Of a DNA stretch of 64,000 bases, positions 1 to 8,747 are shown piece by piece; position 1 is the stretch's first letter, and each line of letters starts with the position of its first letter. The position numbers and the translations under genes are program-made. The stretch is from Escherichia coli (GTDB taxonomy: Bacteria > Pseudomonadota > Gammaproteobacteria > Enterobacterales > Enterobacteriaceae). The notes below the pieces were generated by a model. It ran no database searches. It had not been told where the DNA came from and worked only from the letters and a program-made list of their open reading frames with translations. The stretch lies in the NCBI RefSeq assembly GCF_048403405.1, contig NZ_CP183136.1; one strand, written 5' to 3'.

Positions 1-1
1 A

Positions 2-223
2 CCTGAACAGATAATTACTCCCCGTCGTCGGGAAGACAAACAGAACGATCTCTGGACAACCTGGCAGCGGGTTCAGGAGAATATGATAAAAGGTGGATTA
101 TCGGGGCGAAGTGCCTCCGGGAAAAATACCAGGACAAGAGCCATTACAGGTATTGATGGTGATATAAGAATCAACAAGGCGTTATGGGTGATTGCCGAAC
201 AGTTCAGAAAGTGGAAGTCATGA
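2..223 (+). CDS. 3' end of a hypothetical ORF whose start lies outside the window
   Basis: Frame open from window edge to TGA at 221-223, followed by a hairpin terminator; no start codon in window. Confidence 0.4.
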   Translation, partial: PEQIITPRRREDKQNDLWTTWQRVQENMIKGGLSGRSASGKNTRTRAITGIDGDIRINKALWVIAEQFRKWKS

Positions 224-233
224 TAATATAAGT

Positions 234-261
234 AAAGCCCCGAAAAAATTTTCGGGGCTTT
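234..261. terminator. Rho-independent-type hairpin between two convergent genes
   Basis: Inverted repeat AAAGCCCCGAAAA / TTTTCGGGGCTTT with flanking A/T runs. Confidence 0.6.
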
Positions 262-418
262 ACTTATATTATCATTTTGCGGCATTGCTGTGTCGTCTGA
301 TATACCTCAATTTCATCAACCGGCTTTCCGGTTGTCTGTAAATATTGTGCCCGCGAAAAATGGTCTGGCAGGAGGCTGCACAGTTACCGGGTATATATAA
401 GATGGGTTCCCGCTTCGC

Positions 419-494
419 GGGGCTTCGGCCAGTCAGCATTATCACTCATATGATATTTTTGTGTGTGGCCTTCCATGCCGCTGTCGCGGCATAA
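419..494. repeat. Diverged copy of a short element (core CCTTCCATGCCGCTG.CGCGGCATAA) also found near 39.1 kb and 47.7 kb
   Basis: Shared core sequence read directly at three loci; boundaries approximate. Confidence 0.4.
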
Positions 495-584
495 CCGGTA
501 TTTGACAATGTCTATAAGATTAATTGTTCTGCACACTGTTAATTTGCGGAAAGTGATTTCTTCGTGGTCGGAAGCCGGATGCCT

Positions 585-1031
585 TTACTGCTTTTTATCC
601 CAGGTATAAATCCGGTAAACCTCTGATGCGTAGGCAAGACGTCTCTGGTTCTGGCGTTCGGTCTTCCTGAATCCGGCATTGTATGCACCAACGGCCTCCC
701 AGGTGACGCCCCATTTTTTAAAGGCTATTGCCAGATAATAAGCACCGGTATAAATGTTCATACAGGGATCTGTTGTCAGATGTTCCGGCTTAATTCCATA
801 GCGGGCCAGTTCGTTAAAATGCTGGGAATCTACCTGCATCAGTCCGCTGCCATATCCCGTTACCGGATTAATACCGATGGCATTAACCCGGTAACGGGAT
901 TCTTGCCATGATATCGCTCTCAGTAAATCCGGGTCTATTTTGTAATCCCGACCTGCAAGATCAAAGCAATCAGTGGCTTCGCAGATCTCATTTATAAACA
1001 TCAGGCAGATTGTTAACATCCATTTTTTCAT
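585..1031 (-). CDS. Lytic transglycosylase (F-plasmid gene X / orf169 family)
   Basis: Translation matches IncF orf169-type transglycosylase; likely start is the MKKWML methionine at 1031, the ORF-track start at 1124 runs into oriT. Confidence 0.85.
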   Translation of the reverse strand: MKKWMLTICLMFINEICEATDCFDLAGRDYKIDPDLLRAISWQESRYRVNAIGINPVTGYGSGLMQVDSQHFNELARYGIKPEHLTTDPCMNIYTGAYYLAIAFKKWGVTWEAVGAYNAGFRKTERQNQRRLAYASEVYRIYTWDKKQ

Positions 1032-1089
1032 TTTTCCACCTCTGGTGACTTTATCCGTAAATAATTTAACCCACTCCACAAAAAGGCTC

Positions 1090-1445
1090 AACAGGTTGGT
1101 GGTTCTCACCACCAAAAGCACCACACCCTACGCAAAAACAAGTTTTTGCTGATTTTTCTTTAATATCATAGAGTAGTATATGAAAAATTAGTATTGTCTT
1201 AACTCTCTTTATGATATTTAAAAAAGCGGTCGTCGACGCAGCTACAGCAACGCGCCGACACCGCTTTGTAGGGGTGGTACTGACTATTTTTATAAAAAAC
1301 ATTATTTTATATTAGGGGTGCTGCTAGCGGCGCGGTGTGTTTTTTTATAGGATACCGTCTAGGGGCGCTGCTAGCGGTGCGTCCCTGTTTGCACTATGAA
1401 TTCTAGTGTTTCGAAATTAACTTTGTTTTATGTTTAAAAAAGGTA
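1090..1445. other. oriT: Origin of transfer (oriT); predicted nic site on the minus strand near 1122/1123
   Basis: Minus strand reads GCGTAGGGTGT-GGTGCTTTT, the F/R100-type nic motif; sits between the transglycosylase gene and traM; AT-rich tracts. Confidence 0.8.
1310..1392. promoter_or_regulatory. Direct repeats consistent with TraM binding sites upstream of traM
   Basis: AGGGGTGCTGCTAGCGGCGCGGTG and AGGGGCGCTGCTAGCGGTGCG read as near-identical direct repeats. Confidence 0.5.
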
Positions 1446-1452
1446 ATATCTA

Positions 1453-1836
1453 ATGGCTAAGGTGAATCTGTATATCAGCAATGATGCTTATGAAAAAATA
1501 AACGCGATTATTGAAAAACGTCGACAGGAAGGGGCAAGAGAAAAAGATGTCAGTTTTTCAGCAACGGCTTCAATGCTTCTTGAACTGGGTCTTCGTGTAT
1601 ATGAGGCTCAGATGGAGCGCAAAGAGTCTGCATTTAATCAGGCCGAGTTTAATAAACTACTTCTTGAATGCGTTGTAAAAACACAGTCATCAGTAGCGAA
1701 AATTTTGGGTATTGAGTCTCTCAGTCCTCATGTCTCAGGAAATCCAAAGTTTGAATATGCCAATATGGTTGAAGATATCAGAGAGAAGGTGTCGGCTGAG
1801 ATGGAAAGGTTCTTTCCAAAAAATGATGATGAATAA
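1453..1836 (+). CDS. traM: TraM, oriT-binding relaxosome accessory protein
   Basis: 127-aa ORF whose sequence matches F-type TraM; immediately downstream of oriT. Confidence 0.95.
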   Translation: MAKVNLYISNDAYEKINAIIEKRRQEGAREKDVSFSATASMLLELGLRVYEAQMERKESAFNQAEFNKLLLECVVKTQSSVAKILGIESLSPHVSGNPKFEYANMVEDIREKVSAEMERFFPKNDDE

Positions 1837-1949
1837 AGGGAAATAAATTTTGACTTTGTTCAAATATCAGACTTTTTAATGGTTCAAACTGATGACAATA
1901 ATCGAGAGATAATTAGTATATTAATTACGTGGTTAATGCCACGTTAAAA

Positions 1950-2040
1950 TTTGAACTTGAAAATCGCCGATGCAGGGAGCTTGTCCCTCCCTGCATCGAC
2001 TGTCCATAGAATCCTTTGTGAGGAGGTTCCTATGTATCCG
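1950..2040 (-). ncRNA. finP: FinP antisense RNA region (approximate), complementary to the traJ leader
   Basis: Two inverted repeats (ACGTGG..CCACGT and GATGCAGGGA..TCCCTGCATC) just upstream of the traJ start; position conserved in F-like plasmids; ends not determined. Confidence 0.35.
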
Positions 2041-2726
2041 ATGGATCGTATTCAACAAAAACATGCTCGTCAAATCAGATCTGCTGGAAAATCTGACGGC
2101 AGTTATTCAGGATTATCCAAATCCAGCCTGTATCAGGGACGAAACTGGAAAATTTATTTTTTGCAATACGCTGTTTCATGAGTCATTTCTTACACATAGA
2201 TCAAAGTGCTGAAAAATGGCTTCTGTCGCAGAGAGATTTTTGTGAATTGATCTCTGTCACAGAGATGGAAGCATACAGGAATGAGCATACGCATCTTAAT
2301 CTTGTAGAGGATGTTTTTATTCAGAACAGATTCTGGACAATATCTGTCCAGTCATTTCTTAATGGACACAGAAATATTATTACTGGTGGCAATTTTATGA
2401 TGCTGCTCATGTTCGTCATAAAGACAGTTATAATCAAAAAACGATTGTCAGTGATGATATCAGAAATATAATCAGAAGAATGAGTGATGATTCTTCTGTA
2501 TCATCATATGTAAATGATGTCTTTTACTTATATAGCACCGGAATCAGTCATAATGCTATAGCAAGAATATTAAATATATCCATCTCCACATCAAAGATAA
2601 CACGCATCTCTGATATGCGACTACTTCTCTGTTTCTAATAAAGATGAGTTAATTATCTTACTCTACAATAAAAAGTTTATTTATTATTTATACGAGAAGG
2701 CTATGTGTATCATAAATACGCGTTAA
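2032..2726 (+). pseudogene. traJ: traJ (transfer activator), frame-disrupted as sequenced
   Basis: TraJ-like translation is spread over four reading frames (ORFs 1951-2181, 1970-2212, 2178-2471 and a further frame to 2726). Confidence 0.7.
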
Positions 2727-2824
2727 TAAGGTGTTGATAAAATATAGACTTTCCGTCTATTTACCTTTTCTGATTATTCTGTAAACATAAGTGGTAACCA
2801 GAAGATAAACAGCGGGAGGTGTTA

Positions 2825-3229
2825 TTGAAAAGATTTGGTACACGTTCTGCAACAGGTAAGATGGTAAAACTAAAATTACCTGTAGATGTGGAAAGTCTAT
2901 TAATTGAGGCAAGTAACAGAAGCGGAAGAAGTCGATCGTTTGAGGCAGTAATAAGACTTAAAGATCATCTTCACCGCTATCCAAAGTTTAACAGGGCAGG
3001 GAATATCTATGGTAAGTCGCTGGTTAAGTATCTGACAATGCGTCTGGATGATGAAACTAACCAGCTACTTACTTGCAGCCAAAAATCGTAGTGGATGGTG
3101 TAAAACAGATGAGGCATGCAGACAGAGTTATTGATCATTTGATCAAGTTATCCTGATTTTTATAACTCGGAGAAATATTCAGGGAGGCAGATAGAAGAGG
3201 AACGATATCAACATTTAAATACACTCTAG
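2825..3229 (+). pseudogene. traY: traY (F-type), frame-disrupted in the 3' half
   Basis: ORF 2819-3091 matches the TraY N-terminal part then stops early; the remaining TraY-like residues are in other frames. Confidence 0.65.
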
Positions 3230-3266
3230 TTTTATTCATTTATCCGTATTAATTAGAGGTAATCTT

Positions 3267-3637
3267 ATGAATGCTGTTTTAAGTGTTCAGGGTGCTTCTG
3301 CGCCCGTCGAAAAGAAGTCGTTTTTTTCTAAATTCACTCGTCTGAATATGCTTCGCCTGGCTCGCGCAGTGATCCCGGCTGCTGTTCTGATGATGTTCTT
3401 CCCTGCAGCTGGCGATGGCCGCTGGCAGCAATGGTCACGGACCTGATGGCTAAGCGGTCAGGACCACGGTTAAGGCGACCTTCGGTAAGGACTCCAGTAT
3501 CGTTAAATGGGTTGTTCTGGCTGAAGTTCTGGTCGGTGCAGTCATGTACATGATGACCAAAAACGTCAAGTTCCTGGTCGGCTTTGCCATACATCTCTGT
3601 ATTTATTGCTGTGGGTATGGCCGTCGTTGGCTTCTGA
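3267..3637 (+). pseudogene. traA: traA (propilin), frame-disrupted
   Basis: ATG at 3267 gives the pilin leader, then the frame breaks near 3400-3440; the pilin C-terminus appears in the frame of ORF 3544-3963. Confidence 0.7.
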
Positions 3638-3651
3638 CAGGAAATAAAACG

Positions 3652-3963
3652 ATGTCGGGAGACGAGAATAAACTTAAGAAATATCGTTTCCCGGAAACAC
3701 TGACCAACCAGAGCCGCTGGTTTGGCCTGCCACTGGATGAACTGATCCCCGCAGCAATCTGTATTGGCTGGGGTATCACAACATCGAAATATCTGTTCGG
3801 TATTGGTGCAGCGGTTCTGGTTTATTTCGGGATTAAAAAACTGAAAAAAGGGCGGGGCAGTTCCTGGTTACGTGACCTGATTTACTGGTATATGCCAACA
3901 GCCCTGCTGCGCGGTATTTTTCATAATGTTCCCGATTCGTGTTTCCGGCAGTGGATTAAATAG
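3652..3963 (+). CDS. traL: TraL, pilus assembly protein
   Basis: ATG at 3652 within ORF 3544-3963; translation [17 protein letters not shown]... matches TraL. Confidence 0.9.
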
Positions 3964-3984
3964 AACTGATACCAGGATTGTTAT

Positions 3985-4551
3985 ATGGAACACGGTGCCC
4001 GTTTAAGTACCAGTCGTGTAATGGCCATCGCCTTTATATTTATGTCAGTGCTTATTGTTCTCAGCCTCTCTGTTAACGTCATTCAGGGGGTGAATAACTA
4101 CCGTCTTCAGAATGAGCAACGCACTGCCGTGACGCCAATGGCATTTAATGCCCCCTTTGCCGTGTCACAGAACAGTGCCGACGCCTCTTATTTACAGCAG
4201 ATGGCGCTGTCATTTATTGCCCTCCGTCTGAATGTTTCATCAGAAACCGTCGATGCCTCACATCAGGCGCTTCTGCAATATATCCGCCCGGGCGCACAGA
4301 ACCAGATGAAAGTTATTCTGGCTGAAGAAGCGAAGCGTATTAAAAACGATAACGTGAACTCAGCCTTTTTCCAGACCAGTGTTCGTGTCTGGCCTCAGTA
4401 TGGCCGTGTGGAAATTCGAGGTGTGCTTAAAACCTGGATTGGTGATTCAAAACCTTTCACTGATATCAAACATTACATCCTTATTCTGAAGCGGGAAAAC
4501 GGGGTGACCTGGCTGGATAATTTCGGGGAAACAGACGATGAGAAAAAATAA
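3985..4551 (+). CDS. traE: TraE, pilus assembly protein
   Basis: 188-aa ORF with N-terminal membrane anchor; TraE family; conserved order. Confidence 0.9.
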   Translation: MEHGARLSTSRVMAIAFIFMSVLIVLSLSVNVIQGVNNYRLQNEQRTAVTPMAFNAPFAVSQNSADASYLQQMALSFIALRLNVSSETVDASHQALLQYIRPGAQNQMKVILAEEAKRIKNDNVNSAFFQTSVRVWPQYGRVEIRGVLKTWIGDSKPFTDIKHYILILKRENGVTWLDNFGETDDEKK

Positions 4552-5266
4552 TACGGCAATAATATTCGGCAGCCTGTTTTTTTCCTGCAGCGTGATGGCC
4601 GCAAACGGTACGCTGGCCCCCACCGTGGTGCCAATGGTGAACGGTGGTCAGGCCAGTATTGCCATCAGCAATACCAGCCCGAATCTGTTTACCGTTCCCG
4701 GTGACCGGATTATCGCCGTGAACAGTCTGGATGGTGCCCTGACCAATAATGAGCAGACCGCCTCCGGCGGTGTGGTGGTTGCCACCGTCAACAAAAAGCC
4801 CTTTACGTTCATTCTGGAAACAGAACGTGGTCTGAATCTTTCCATTCAGGCCGTTCCCCGTGAAGGCGCGGGGCGTACCATTCAGCTGGTCAGTGACCTG
4901 CGCGGAACCGGAGAAGAAGCCGGTGCGTGGGAAACGTCCACGCCTTACGAATCCCTGCTTGTGACCATCAGCCAGGCCGTCCGTGGCGGAAAATTACCCG
5001 CAGGCTGGTATCAGGTCCCAGTGACAAAGGAAACCCTGCAGGCCCCGGCGGGGCTGTCTTCAGTGGCAGATGCCGTATGGACGGGGAATCACCTGAAGAT
5101 GGTCCGCTTTGCCGTGGAAAATAAAACGCTGTCTGCCCTGAATATCCGGGAAAGTGACTTCTGGCAGCCGGGAACCCGTGCCGTGATGTTCAGCCAGCCT
5201 GCCAGCCAGTTACTGGCAGGTGCGCGCATGGATGTGTATGTCATCCGTGACGGGGAGGGCAACTGA
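4538..5266 (+). CDS. traK: TraK, secretin-like T4SS component
   Basis: 242-aa ORF with signal peptide; overlaps traE and traB as in F. Confidence 0.9.
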   Translation: MRKNNTAIIFGSLFFSCSVMAANGTLAPTVVPMVNGGQASIAISNTSPNLFTVPGDRIIAVNSLDGALTNNEQTASGGVVVATVNKKPFTFILETERGLNLSIQAVPREGAGRTIQLVSDLRGTGEEAGAWETSTPYESLLVTISQAVRGGKLPAGWYQVPVTKETLQAPAGLSSVADAVWTGNHLKMVRFAVENKTLSALNIRESDFWQPGTRAVMFSQPASQLLAGARMDVYVIRDGEGN

Positions 5267-6693
5267 TGGCCAGTATCAATACCATTGTGAAACGCAAGCA
5301 GTACCTGTGGCTGGGGATTGTGGTTGTCGGTACAGCCTCCGCGATTGGTGGGGCACTGTATCTGTCTGATGTGGACATGTCCGGTAACGGTGAAACCGTG
5401 GCTGAACAGGAGCCTGTGCCGGATATGACCGGTGTGGTGGATACGACCTTTGATGACAAGGTGCGTCAGCATGCCACCACCGAGATGCAGGTGACGGCAG
5501 CGCAGATGCAGAAGCAGTATGAGGAAATCCGTCGTGAGCTGGATGTTCTGAACAAACAGCGCGGTGATGACCAGCGTCGTATTGAAAAGTTGGGACAGGA
5601 CAATGCCGCCCTGGCAGAGCAGGTAAAAGCCCTGGGTGCTAATCCCGTCACGGCGACCGGTGAGCCTGTACCGCAGATGCCTGCCTCACCGCCCGGCCCG
5701 GAAGGCGAACCACAGCCAGGAAACACCCCCGTATCCTTCCCGCCGCAGGGCAGCGTTGCTGTTCCACCGCCGACGGCGTTTTATCCCGGGAATGGTGTCA
5801 CGCCACCACCACAGGTGACGTACCAGTCTGTGCCGGTGCCTAACCGGATACAGCGTAAGGTGTTTACCCGTAATGAGGGAAAACAGGGACCATCACTGCC
5901 GTACATTCCGTCAGGAAGTTTTGCGAAAGCCATGCTGATTGAAGGGGCGGATGCCAATGCCTCTGTCACCGGTAATGAATCCACGGTGCCGATGCAGCTG
6001 CGTATCACCGGCCTGGTGGAAATGCCGAACAGCAAGACGTATGACGCAACGGGATGTTTTGTGGGTCTGGAAGCCTGGGGGGATGTGTCCAGTGAGCGTG
6101 CCATTGTACGCACCCGCAATATCAGTTGCCTGAAGGACGGCAAAACTATTGATATGCCGATTAAGGGGCATGTCAGCTTCCGGGGTAAAAACGGTATCAA
6201 GGGCGAAGTGGTGATGCGTAACGGCAAAATCCTCGGCTGGGCATGGGGCGCGGGATTTGTTGACGGTATCGGTCAGGGAATGGAGCGCGCCTCCCAGCCG
6301 GCTGTCGGGCTGGGTGCCACAGCCGCTTACGGGGCTGGTGATGTCCTGAAAATGGGTATCGGTGGCGGCGCATCGAAAGCCGCACAGACGCTCAGTGACT
6401 ACTACATCAAACGTGCCGAACAGTATCACCCGGTGATACCGATTGGTGCGGGCAACGAAGTGACCGTGGTGTTCCAGGACGGCTTCCAGCTGAAAACCGT
6501 GGAAGAGATGGCGCTGGAACGCACGCAGAGCAGAGCGGAAGAAGACAATCCGGAAAGTCCGGTTCCTGTTCCGCCATCGGCTGAAAGTCATCTTAACGGC
6601 TTTAATACTGACCAGATGCTGAAGCAGCTGGGCAACCTGAATCCGCAGCAGTTTATGTCCGGCAGCCAGGGAGGGGGCAACGATGGCAAATAA
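5266..6693 (+). CDS. traB: TraB, T4SS inner-membrane component (VirB10-like)
   Basis: 475-aa ORF with a proline-rich region and C-terminal conserved domain. Confidence 0.9.
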   Translation: MASINTIVKRKQYLWLGIVVVGTASAIGGALYLSDVDMSGNGETVAEQEPVPDMTGVVDTTFDDKVRQHATTEMQVTAAQMQKQYEEIRRELDVLNKQRGDDQRRIEKLGQDNAALAEQVKALGANPVTATGEPVPQMPASPPGPEGEPQPGNTPVSFPPQGSVAVPPPTAFYPGNGVTPPPQVTYQSVPVPNRIQRKVFTRNEGKQGPSLPYIPSGSFAKAMLIEGADANASVTGNESTVPMQLRITGLVEMPNSKTYDATGCFVGLEAWGDVSSERAIVRTRNISCLKDGKTIDMPIKGHVSFRGKNGIKGEVVMRNGKILGWAWGAGFVDGIGQGMERASQPAVGLGATAAYGAGDVLKMGIGGGASKAAQTLSDYYIKRAEQYHPVIPIGAGNEVTVVFQDGFQLKTVEEMALERTQSRAEEDNPESPVPVPPSAESHLNGFNTDQMLKQLGNLNPQQFMSGSQGGGNDGK

Positions 6694-7273
6694 TATGTCG
6701 TCCCGTCAGGCGTGCCATGCCGCCCGGTATGTTGTCGCCCGGGTTCTGCGAGGACTGTTCTGGTGTCTGAAGTACACCGTCATTCTGCCACTGGCCACAA
6801 TGGCCCTGATGGCTCTGTTTGTTTTATGGAAGGACAACACCACGCCGGGGAAATTACTGGTTAAGGAGATTAACTTCGTAAGACAAACAGCACCTGCCGG
6901 ACAGTTCCCGGTCAGTGAATGCTGGTTTTCTTCCTCTGATTCTTCAGGCAGATCAGAAATACAGGATATCTGCCATTACCGCGCGGCTGATGCTGCAGAT
7001 TATGTCAGGGAGACTGACCGGTCACTGATGCAACTGGTCACCGCATTATGGGCAACACTGGCACTGATGTATGTCTCGCTGGCAGCGATCACCGGGAAAT
7101 ATCCGGTGCGACCAGGAAAAATGAAATGTATCCGGGTGGTAACCGCAGATGAACATCTGAAGGAAGTTTATACGGAAGACGCTTCCCTGCCGGGAAAAAT
7201 CAGGAAATGCCCTGTTTATCTTCCTGATGACAGAACAAACAGAAACAACGGAGATAAAAATGAACATGCGTAA
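6683..7273 (+). CDS. traP: TraP
   Basis: 196-aa membrane protein ORF in the conserved position after traB. Confidence 0.85.
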   Translation: MANNMSSRQACHAARYVVARVLRGLFWCLKYTVILPLATMALMALFVLWKDNTTPGKLLVKEINFVRQTAPAGQFPVSECWFSSSDSSGRSEIQDICHYRAADAADYVRETDRSLMQLVTALWATLALMYVSLAAITGKYPVRPGKMKCIRVVTADEHLKEVYTEDASLPGKIRKCPVYLPDDRTNRNNGDKNEHA

Positions 7274-7457
7274 TATTAATGTTATTACAGCCCTCTCTGT
7301 GCCGGGTAAAACCGTGTCAGATGATTTTATGCATGCTGTTCTCAGTAACTGCGCCACAAGAATCGTACTTCCTGCACCGGAGAAATTCGGTTCTGAGTCA
7401 TTGCCGGACAATTTTAATATGACTGCTGTCGGTGTGATGAAGAATTCAGAAATATAA
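7260..7457 (+). CDS. trbD: TrbD
   Basis: Small ORF starting MNMRNINVIT... at the ATG at 7260 within ORF 7227-7457. Confidence 0.75.
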   Translation: MNMRNINVITALSVPGKTVSDDFMHAVLSNCATRIVLPAPEKFGSESLPDNFNMTAVGVMKNSEI

Positions 7458-7468
7458 GGAACCCTTCG

Positions 7469-7720
7469 ATGAATAAGCTGGTTTCTGATGGCAGCGTCAA
7501 AAAAATAAATTATCCGGTGCTGTATGAGTCCGGAATAACACCTCCGTTATGTGAAGTCAGTGCACCAGAACCTGATGCGGGTGGGAAACGCATTGTGGCA
7601 TATGTTTATAAATCATCACGGAGTACGGTTTTTGAAAATCCTGACATTGTAAAAACCTGTACGGTCAGGGATTTGAAGAAGGATTTTGTGAACTGCGATG
7701 AGAAAGGTGAGGGACAATGA
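7469..7720 (+). CDS. trbG: TrbG
   Basis: 83-aa ORF in conserved position between trbD and traV. Confidence 0.8.
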   Translation: MNKLVSDGSVKKINYPVLYESGITPPLCEVSAPEPDAGGKRIVAYVYKSSRSTVFENPDIVKTCTVRDLKKDFVNCDEKGEGQ

Positions 7721-8232
7721 AACAGATTTCTTTCTTTATTCCTCTGCTGGGGACCTTATTACTTTCCGGCTGTGCCGGAACCAGTACGGAATTTGAGTGT
7801 AACGCCACCACATCCGATACCTGTATGACGATGGAGCAGGCCAATGAGAAGGCCAAAAAACTGGAGCAGTCCTCAGAAGCAAAGCCGGTTGCGGCATCAC
7901 TGCCGCGCCTGGCTGAAGGGAACTTCCGGACAATGCCGGTGCAGACCGTCACCGCGACCACTCCGTCCGGCAGCAGACCTGCGGTGACAGCACATCCGGA
8001 GCAGAAACTGCTGGCACCTCGCCCGCTGTTTACCGCTGCCCGGGAAGTGAAAACGGTTGTTCCGGTCAGTTCAGTTACGCCGGTAACACCTCCTCGTCCG
8101 CTAAGAACGGGTGAGCAGACGGCAGCATTATGGATAGCGCCTTATATTGATAACCAGGATGTTTATCATCAGCCATCCAGCGTGTTTTTTGTTATTAAAC
8201 CGTCTGCGTGGGGAAAACCACGTATTAATTAA
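7717..8232 (+). CDS. traV: TraV, outer-membrane lipoprotein of the T4SS
   Basis: Lipobox LLSGCAG near the N-terminus; 171 aa. Confidence 0.9.
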   Translation: MKQISFFIPLLGTLLLSGCAGTSTEFECNATTSDTCMTMEQANEKAKKLEQSSEAKPVAASLPRLAEGNFRTMPVQTVTATTPSGSRPAVTAHPEQKLLAPRPLFTAAREVKTVVPVSSVTPVTPPRPLRTGEQTAALWIAPYIDNQDVYHQPSSVFFVIKPSAWGKPRIN

Positions 8233-8366
8233 CTGGCCCTGAAGTTGTATATCAGCCGGCAATGCCGGCGGGCTTTCTGTATTCAAAATCCGCCTGTAAA
8301 ACGAGTGCCCTGTGCGTGAAAAGGGATGGGCGGTAGCGTGTCAGAACATGTCGGGAGGAATATTCC

Positions 8367-8588
8367 GTGAGTGATGAAGCCGATGAAGCATATTCAGTGA
8401 CAGAACAACTGACCATGACAGGAATAAACCGGATACGCCAGAAAATAAATGCTCATGGTATTCCTGTTTATCTCTGTGAAGCATGCGGAAATCCTATTCC
8501 GGAAGCCCGGCGGAAAATATTTCCCGGTGTGACGTTGTGCGTTGAATGTCAGGCGTATCAGGAAAGACAGAGAAAACATTATGCATAA
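8367..8588 (+). CDS. traR: TraR, DksA/TraR-type zinc-finger protein
   Basis: 73-aa ORF with C4 motif CEACG...CVEC. Confidence 0.9.
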   Translation: MSDEADEAYSVTEQLTMTGINRIRQKINAHGIPVYLCEACGNPIPEARRKIFPGVTLCVECQAYQERQRKHYA

Positions 8589-8747
8589 GTCAGTCGCAGA
8601 ACATAGTGATTTAATTCCGGATGAACATGAGTGGATATTCAGAAAACAGAAATCTTTGTATATGCGCCGGGAAATGGCGCGTTAATTACAGGTATTCCCT
8701 TCATGGCTACCGCATTTCTCGCTTTATTTTTCAACTAAGGAATTCAT

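Noticed and set aside
73-285. 70-aa minus-strand ORF
   Set aside because: Overlaps the 3' end of the plus-strand partial ORF and the bidirectional terminator; no support
1066-1302. 78-aa minus-strand ORF across oriT, and the upstream extension of the transglycosylase ORF to 1124
   Set aside because: Both run through the nic region and AT-rich oriT sequence; the transglycosylase start at 1031 fits better
5089-6591. Minus-strand ORFs up to 226 aa within traK/traB
   Set aside because: Antisense to conserved tra genes, no independent support
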